From: Candidatus Latescibacterota bacterium
GTDB lineage: Bacteria; Latescibacterota; UBA2968; UBA8231
Length of the DNA: 64,000 bases
Direction of reading: 5' to 3'
Assembly: GCA_965217585.1 (NCBI GenBank)
Contig: OZ244561.1
Coordinates: 1,568,001-1,632,000 of the forward strand
In this document: positions 59,114 to 64,000 of the stretch, in pieces
How the letters are laid out: every line of letters begins with the position of its first letter
How positions within the stretch are numbered: position 1 is the stretch's first letter
Made by a program: the position numbers and the translations under genes
Notes under the pieces: model-generated
Database searches by the model: none
Told to the model about the DNA's origin: nothing
Seen by the model: the letters and a program-made list of their open reading frames with translations, nothing else

Positions 59114-59869
59114 CTACTCCTGTCCTTCTTTTGCGTGTACTGCCCGGCTCAGGGCGCACAAGCGCTGCTGATCGTCTTCGACGACGCTGCCCGTGACGAC
59201 GAAGCCCGCACCGGCCTCCACCTTGGCCCGCGCTACCCCCGGGTCGCGGATGCCGCCGCCGACGACGACCGGCACCGAGACGCAATCGGCTACCGCGCTC
59301 ACCATCTCGTCGGGCACAGACGCGCATGCGCCGCTGCCCGTCTCTAGGTAAATAAGCCGCATGCCCAAGTACTCGGCCGCCAAGGCGTGGGCCATGGCAA
59401 TGTCGATCTTGTCGCGCGGAATGGGCCGGGTATCGCTCATAAATTCCACGGATGTCAGGGTCCCGGACTCGACCAGCATATACCCGGTGGGAATGGCCTC
59501 AATGTCGTACTCGCGGATCAAGGGGGCGGCCTTGACGTGCTCGCCGATCAAGAGCTCGGGGTTGCGCCCGCTGATCAGCGACAGGAAGAGGATCGCATCG
59601 GCCGTAGGCACCACCTGGCCCGAGCTCCCGGGAAAGCTGATCACCGGCACATCGACCTTGGCCCGTACGCGCTCGAAACAGACCGCGTTGCGAGACGAGA
59701 ACATCAGGCTCGTGCCGATGAGGATGGCGTCGGCCCCGGCCGCAACGCAGCGCTGGGCGCGAGCCTCCAATTCGTCTGGAGCCAACCGATCTGGATCCAG
59801 CAAGGGCAGATAGCCAGCGCCACGGCGGTGGCGGATGTCCAGTAGGTGTTGCAGTACACTGCTAGTCAC
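59114..59869 (-). CDS. Group II geranylgeranylglyceryl-phosphate (GGGP) synthase
   Basis: LLDPD, FPG..Q, LSLISGRNPELLIGEH, PTGYML, YLETGSGA, VGGGIR. Confidence 0.9.
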   Translation of the reverse strand: MTSSVLQHLLDIRHRRGAGYLPLLDPDRLAPDELEARAQRCVAAGADAILIGTSLMFSSRNAVCFERVRAKVDVPVISFPGSSGQVVPTADAILFLSLISGRNPELLIGEHVKAAPLIREYDIEAIPTGYMLVESGTLTSVEFMSDTRPIPRDKIDIAMAHALAAEYLGMRLIYLETGSGACASVPDEMVSAVADCVSVPVVVGGGIRDPGVARAKVEAGAGFVVTGSVVEDDQQRLCALSRAVHAKEGQE

Positions 59870-59881
59870 GAATCAGCTCGT

Positions 59882-62506
59882 CTATTTTAGCTGCTGCTCG
59901 ACGATACATGCCACTTGCTCTAGCACCTCGTCTAGTTTGCCTGGGTCGCGTCCGCCAGCCTGGGCCAAGTGCGCCTTGCCGCCACCCGAGCCGCCGGCTA
60001 GCTGCGCTACGCCGCGCACAATGTCGCCGGCCTTGAGACCGCGGCCCTTGATTAGATCGTCGGTAACAACGGCGATAAAGGAAACCTTGCCGCCGATATC
60101 CGCTCCCAAGACGCCGACCCCCGAGCCCAAGCTCTCGCGCAGTCCGTCGGCCATGGCTCGCAGGCTAGGCACGTCCTCTGCCTCGGTGCGCCGCGCCACA
60201 ACCGTGACCCCTTCCACTTCACGCGCTCCATTCGACAGATCGCTCGTCTCTAGCGCCGCAACCCGACGCCGCAACTCGTCGAGGGACCGCTCCAACTGGC
60301 GGTTGCGCCCTAAAAGTGCCTCAAGTTTGTCCGCTAACTCTTCGGGTGCAGCATTGAGCCGGGTGCCCAAATCCGCCAACACCTGCCGCCGCAGGCGGAC
60401 GGCGCGCTCGGCTCCCGCGCCGGTCAACGCCTCGCTGCGGCGAACACCAGCGGCAATGCCGCTTTCGGAGAGCAAATCGAATGCGCCGATCTCGCCGGTC
60501 GAGCGCACGTGGGTGCCGCCGCACAGTTCGAGACTAAAGTCACCGATCCGCACAACCCGGACTTGGTCGTCGTATTTTTCGCCGAAGAGCGCCTGTGCCC
60601 CCATCGCCTTGGCCTTTTCCAACTCTTCTTGGAAGGTGCTCACTGCTAGATCGGCGCGGATCTGCTCGTTGACTCGCTCCTCGATTTCGCGCAACTGCTC
60701 GGGATCAACCGAGGCAAAATGCGAAAAGTCAAAGCGCAAGCGGTCCGGTGCGACCAGCGAACCCATCTGACCTACGTGGTCGCCGAGGGTCTGCCGCAGC
60801 GACTCATGCAACAGGTGAGTCGCCGTGTGGTTGCGCGCGGCGTCCATGCGGGCCTGACGATTGACGCGGGCGACTACTGCACCGGTCAACGCCCCGGTCT
60901 CGCCTTCCGTCAACCGACCGATGTGGAAGATACCGCCGTGCTCCTTCTCCGTGTTCTCGACTTCGACGACAAAACCTTCTCCCTCGATTCGCCCTCGGTC
61001 GCCAACCTGCCCCCCCGCCTCGGCGTAGAAAGGGGTCCGGTCCAGCACAAGCCGCACCCGGTCGTCTTCACCTTCGCCGATACGATCCGCCTGCACAACC
61101 TGAGCCTCTGCTTCCAATTCGTCGTAGCCGACGAAGACCTCCTCCGCGGCGGCTTGTACGCTGACGGTCGGTTTCCCCGCCGTGAAAACAACCGAGACAT
61201 CGCGGGCTTGGCGCGACCGCTGCCGTTGGGCTTCAAGCGCGTGGTCGAATTCCTCCCGCTCGACTAGTGAAATCCCCTGCTCGCGGGCCATCAGCTCCGT
61301 CAAGTCCAACGGGAAGCCGAAGGTATCGTAGAGTTGGAAGGCATCGCCGCCGGTGATCTGTCCCTTGGCGGCGAACCGCGCGAAGATATCCAAGCCGCGG
61401 TCGAGGGTCTTGCCGAAACTCTCCTCCTCGGAACGGATCACCAAGTCGATGTGGTCCTTCTTCGCGGCAACCTCCGGGAAGACGTGGCCCATAGTTTCGC
61501 CCAACGTGCCAACTAGCTGATGAATGAAGGGATCGTGCTGATCGAGCTGGCGGGCGTAGCGCGCGGCGCGACGCAGGATGCGGCGCAGGACGTAGCCACG
61601 GCCCTCGTTGGAGGGCATTACTCCATCGGCCATGGCGAAGCTGAGTGTGCGCACATGGTCGGCGATAACCTGCATGGAGACGCGGTGCTCGCCGCCGTAT
61701 TCTTTGCCCGTCAGCTCGGCGATGCGGCCGATGAGCGGCTGGAAGACATCGGTCTCGTAGTTGCTCTCGGCCCCCTGTAAGAGGCTGCACATCCGCTCAA
61801 AGCCCATGCCGGTATCCACGTGCTTCTCAGGCAGTGATTGCAGCGCCCCGGTCTCGTCGCGGTTATACTGGATAAAAACCAAGTTCCATATTTCAACCAA
61901 ATCGCCGGTGTCGTCGATGAGCATACGGCGGTCCTGCGCGGCCAGATCGTCGCCCAAGTAGTAATGAATTTCAGAGCAGGGGCCGCAGGGGCCGGTCGCG
62001 CCCATTTCCCAGAAGTTTTCCTTGGCCGGTAGGCGTACGACGCGGCCCGGCAGCAGGTCGGTGCATTCGTACCAGAACGTCTCGGCCTCCACGTCGGGTT
62101 CTACCGCGTCGTCGCCCACAAAGACGGTGGCCCAGAGCCGCTCCTTGTCCAAGCCAAAGTGCTCGGTAATTAACTCCCAACCCCATTCAATAGCTTCTTT
62201 TTTGAAATAGTCGCCAAAGGACCAGTTGCCCAGCATCTCAAAGAAGGTGTGGTGCCAAGGGCTGTAGCCGACTTCGTCGAGGTCGTTGTGCTTGCCCGAG
62301 ACCCGAATAACCTTCTGCGTATCAACCGCTCGGGTGTAGTCGCGCCGGCCCAAGCCCAAGAAGACATCCTTGAACTGATTCATACCGGCGTTGGTGAAAT
62401 AGAGCGTGGGATCATCCTGCGGCACGACCGGTGCGCTCGGTACGCGCACGTGGTCCTTACCTTCGAAAAAACGGAGAAACGTCTCCCTAATCTCCTTCGA
62501 CTTCAT
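59882..62506 (-). CDS. alaS: Alanine--tRNA ligase
   Basis: FTNAGMNQFK, FEMLGNWSFGDYFK, DTGMGFER, HTATH, ELCGGTH, GGSGGG. Confidence 0.98.
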   Translation of the reverse strand: MKSKEIRETFLRFFEGKDHVRVPSAPVVPQDDPTLYFTNAGMNQFKDVFLGLGRRDYTRAVDTQKVIRVSGKHNDLDEVGYSPWHHTFFEMLGNWSFGDYFKKEAIEWGWELITEHFGLDKERLWATVFVGDDAVEPDVEAETFWYECTDLLPGRVVRLPAKENFWEMGATGPCGPCSEIHYYLGDDLAAQDRRMLIDDTGDLVEIWNLVFIQYNRDETGALQSLPEKHVDTGMGFERMCSLLQGAESNYETDVFQPLIGRIAELTGKEYGGEHRVSMQVIADHVRTLSFAMADGVMPSNEGRGYVLRRILRRAARYARQLDQHDPFIHQLVGTLGETMGHVFPEVAAKKDHIDLVIRSEEESFGKTLDRGLDIFARFAAKGQITGGDAFQLYDTFGFPLDLTELMAREQGISLVEREEFDHALEAQRQRSRQARDVSVVFTAGKPTVSVQAAAEEVFVGYDELEAEAQVVQADRIGEGEDDRVRLVLDRTPFYAEAGGQVGDRGRIEGEGFVVEVENTEKEHGGIFHIGRLTEGETGALTGAVVARVNRQARMDAARNHTATHLLHESLRQTLGDHVGQMGSLVAPDRLRFDFSHFASVDPEQLREIEERVNEQIRADLAVSTFQEELEKAKAMGAQALFGEKYDDQVRVVRIGDFSLELCGGTHVRSTGEIGAFDLLSESGIAAGVRRSEALTGAGAERAVRLRRQVLADLGTRLNAAPEELADKLEALLGRNRQLERSLDELRRRVAALETSDLSNGAREVEGVTVVARRTEAEDVPSLRAMADGLRESLGSGVGVLGADIGGKVSFIAVVTDDLIKGRGLKAGDIVRGVAQLAGGSGGGKAHLAQAGGRDPGKLDEVLEQVACIVEQQLK

Positions 62507-62975
62507 TGGCTAACTCCTGCCATACCTGTTCGACCGCTGCTCTGGCCATTTCCTGATCGCAACCACGCCGGGCCAAAAAGCCCAGCATCCGACGCTTGGC
62601 CTTGTCGGGTGCCAATCCCCGGTAGCGCCAAGCCTGCTTGCTCAGCAGTTCGACCGCCCGTTCGCCCGAATCGAGCGCGGTGGCGTACTCGGCGATGACC
62701 TCGTCAACTACGCCTGCGGCCACGCCTTTGTGCCTGAGATCCTGGGCTAGTTTACGCGCGCCATGGGCCCGCTGCAACCGCGCCTCAACCCAGCGCCGGG
62801 CAAACTCGCGGTCGTCGAGGAGCTTCTGACGCTGTAAGTCGGCAACGACCTCGGCGACGACCTCAACGGCAAAGTCCTTCTCCCGTAGCTTGTCGCGCAC
62901 CTCCGCTACGGACCGCGCCCTATAGCTGAGATAGCGATAGGCGGCGTCCTTGGCCTTTTGCAGCTGGTCGTCCAC
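62487..62975 (-). CDS. recX: Regulatory protein RecX
   Basis: LSYRARS..E..KL, LLDDREFA, L..KGV, FLARRG; directly downstream of recA. Confidence 0.92.
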   Translation of the reverse strand: MDDQLQKAKDAAYRYLSYRARSVAEVRDKLREKDFAVEVVAEVVADLQRQKLLDDREFARRWVEARLQRAHGARKLAQDLRHKGVAAGVVDEVIAEYATALDSGERAVELLSKQAWRYRGLAPDKAKRRMLGFLARRGCDQEMARAAVEQVWQELANEVEGD

Positions 62976-64000
62976 TTATTCGTCCGCCTCGCCAACCTCG
63001 TTCTGTCCTACCGCAACTTCGAGTCCCAACTCGACGCGCAACTTGTGCTCTATCTCCGAGGCTACTGTTGGATTCTCGCGCAGAAAGGTCCGGGCGTTGT
63101 CTCGGCCCTGCCCCAATCGTTCGCCATTGTAGGAAAACCACGCCCCGCTCTTGTCAACAAACCCTTTGGCGACGCCGATATCAATCAAATCGCCCTCCCA
63201 GGAAATGCCGATCTGGTCGCCGTGGAAAATCAGGTCGAATTCGGCTTCGCGAAAGGGGGGTGCCACTTTGTTTTTGACGACCTTGACCCGAGTGCGATTA
63301 CCAATATCGAGATCTCCGTCTTTGATGCGGGCGATGCGGCGGATGTCGATGCGCACCGAGGCGTAGAAGGGCAGAGCGCGCCCGCCAGTGGTGGTCTCCG
63401 GGTTGCCGAACATTACGCCGATCTTCATGCGCAACTGGTTGAGGAAAATCAGACACGTGTTCGAGCGGTTGATCGAGCCAGCGAGCTTGCGCAGGGCCTG
63501 GGACATCAGCCGCGCGTGCAACCCCATGTGCGAATCGCCCATATCGCCTTCCAACTCGGCCTGGGGCACTAGCGCGGCCACCGAGTCCACCACGATGACA
63601 TCGAAGGCACCGCTGCGCACCAAGGTATCGACGATTTCGAGAGCCTGCTCGCCCGAATCCGGCTGTGATATGATTAGATTTTCTACATCGACGCCGATGC
63701 GCCGGGCAAAGCTGACGTCAAGGGCGTGTTCGGCGTCGATAAAGGCCGCTGTGCCGTTCTGCTTCTGCGACTCGCGGATGGCGTGCAGCGCGAGCATGGT
63801 CTTGCCCGCCCCCTCTGGACCGGATATTTCGACGATCCTCCCCTTGGGCAAGCCACCGATGCCCAGTGCTGCATCTACAGCCAGCGATCCGGTCGAGATC
63901 GCCTCCACCTCTTGCACCCCACCCTCGTCGCCGAGGCGCATAATCGACCCCTTGCCGTACTGCTTCTCAATCTGCGACATAGCCAGTTCCAACGCTCTGG
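62976..64000 (-). CDS. recA: Recombinase RecA (5' end beyond window edge)
   Basis: [57 protein letters not shown]. Confidence 0.97.
   Translation of the reverse strand, partial: RALELAMSQIEKQYGKGSIMRLGDEGGVQEVEAISTGSLAVDAALGIGGLPKGRIVEISGPEGAGKTMLALHAIRESQKQNGTAAFIDAEHALDVSFARRIGVDVENLIISQPDSGEQALEIVDTLVRSGAFDVIVVDSVAALVPQAELEGDMGDSHMGLHARLMSQALRKLAGSINRSNTCLIFLNQLRMKIGVMFGNPETTTGGRALPFYASVRIDIRRIARIKDGDLDIGNRTRVKVVKNKVAPPFREAEFDLIFHGDQIGISWEGDLIDIGVAKGFVDKSGAWFSYNGERLGQGRDNARTFLRENPTVASEIEHKLRVELGLEVAVGQNEVGEADE

Overview
64 kb of GC-rich (roughly 60-65% by eye), gene-dense bacterial chromosome with about 53 supportable CDSs. I found no rRNA, tRNA, CRISPR array, transposase, integrase or phage gene. 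Gene content suggests an FCB-superphylum organism such as Latescibacterota/Gemmatimonadota (inference from a porX-like PglZ response regulator next to tsaE, FadL/PorV-like barrels, a group II GGGP synthase and ptsH-ptsI-metK). Layout: (1) 1-11.4 kb envelope cluster with NlpC/P60, a GT-C transferase, two divergent Omp85-type genes (one a metallopeptidase + TolB-propeller + Omp85 fusion), lipoproteins including a (GGY)10 protein, and FadL- and YjbH-like barrels. (2) 11.4-25.9 kb tsaE, porX-like RR, a histidine kinase with a triplicated sensor module, bactofilin, 2-phosphoglycerate-kinase-like, epimerase, zwf-glk, SelA-like, glyA, xylulokinase and a DHDPS-like gene. (3) 26-33 kb minus-strand accessory run ending in a Tm-1-like (UPF0261 + cupin + TIM-barrel) operon. 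(4) 33-45 kb copper/redox region with copA, a secreted temptin-like CxxCH protein, a Rieske fusion protein, cusCBA and a Cys-rich protein. (5) 45-64 kb hemH, hydrolases, a degenerate GH78, degP, a barrel/lipoprotein pair and recA-recX-alaS-GGGPS-ptsH-ptsI-metK. Best leads: the temptin-like haem-c protein with a C-terminal TAVxxxTWxxIK tail, the split Tm-1-like operon, the peptidase-Omp85 fusion locus, the PorX/HK pair and a small dispersed inverted-repeat element family. All family calls come from motif recognition by eye; no database search was run.
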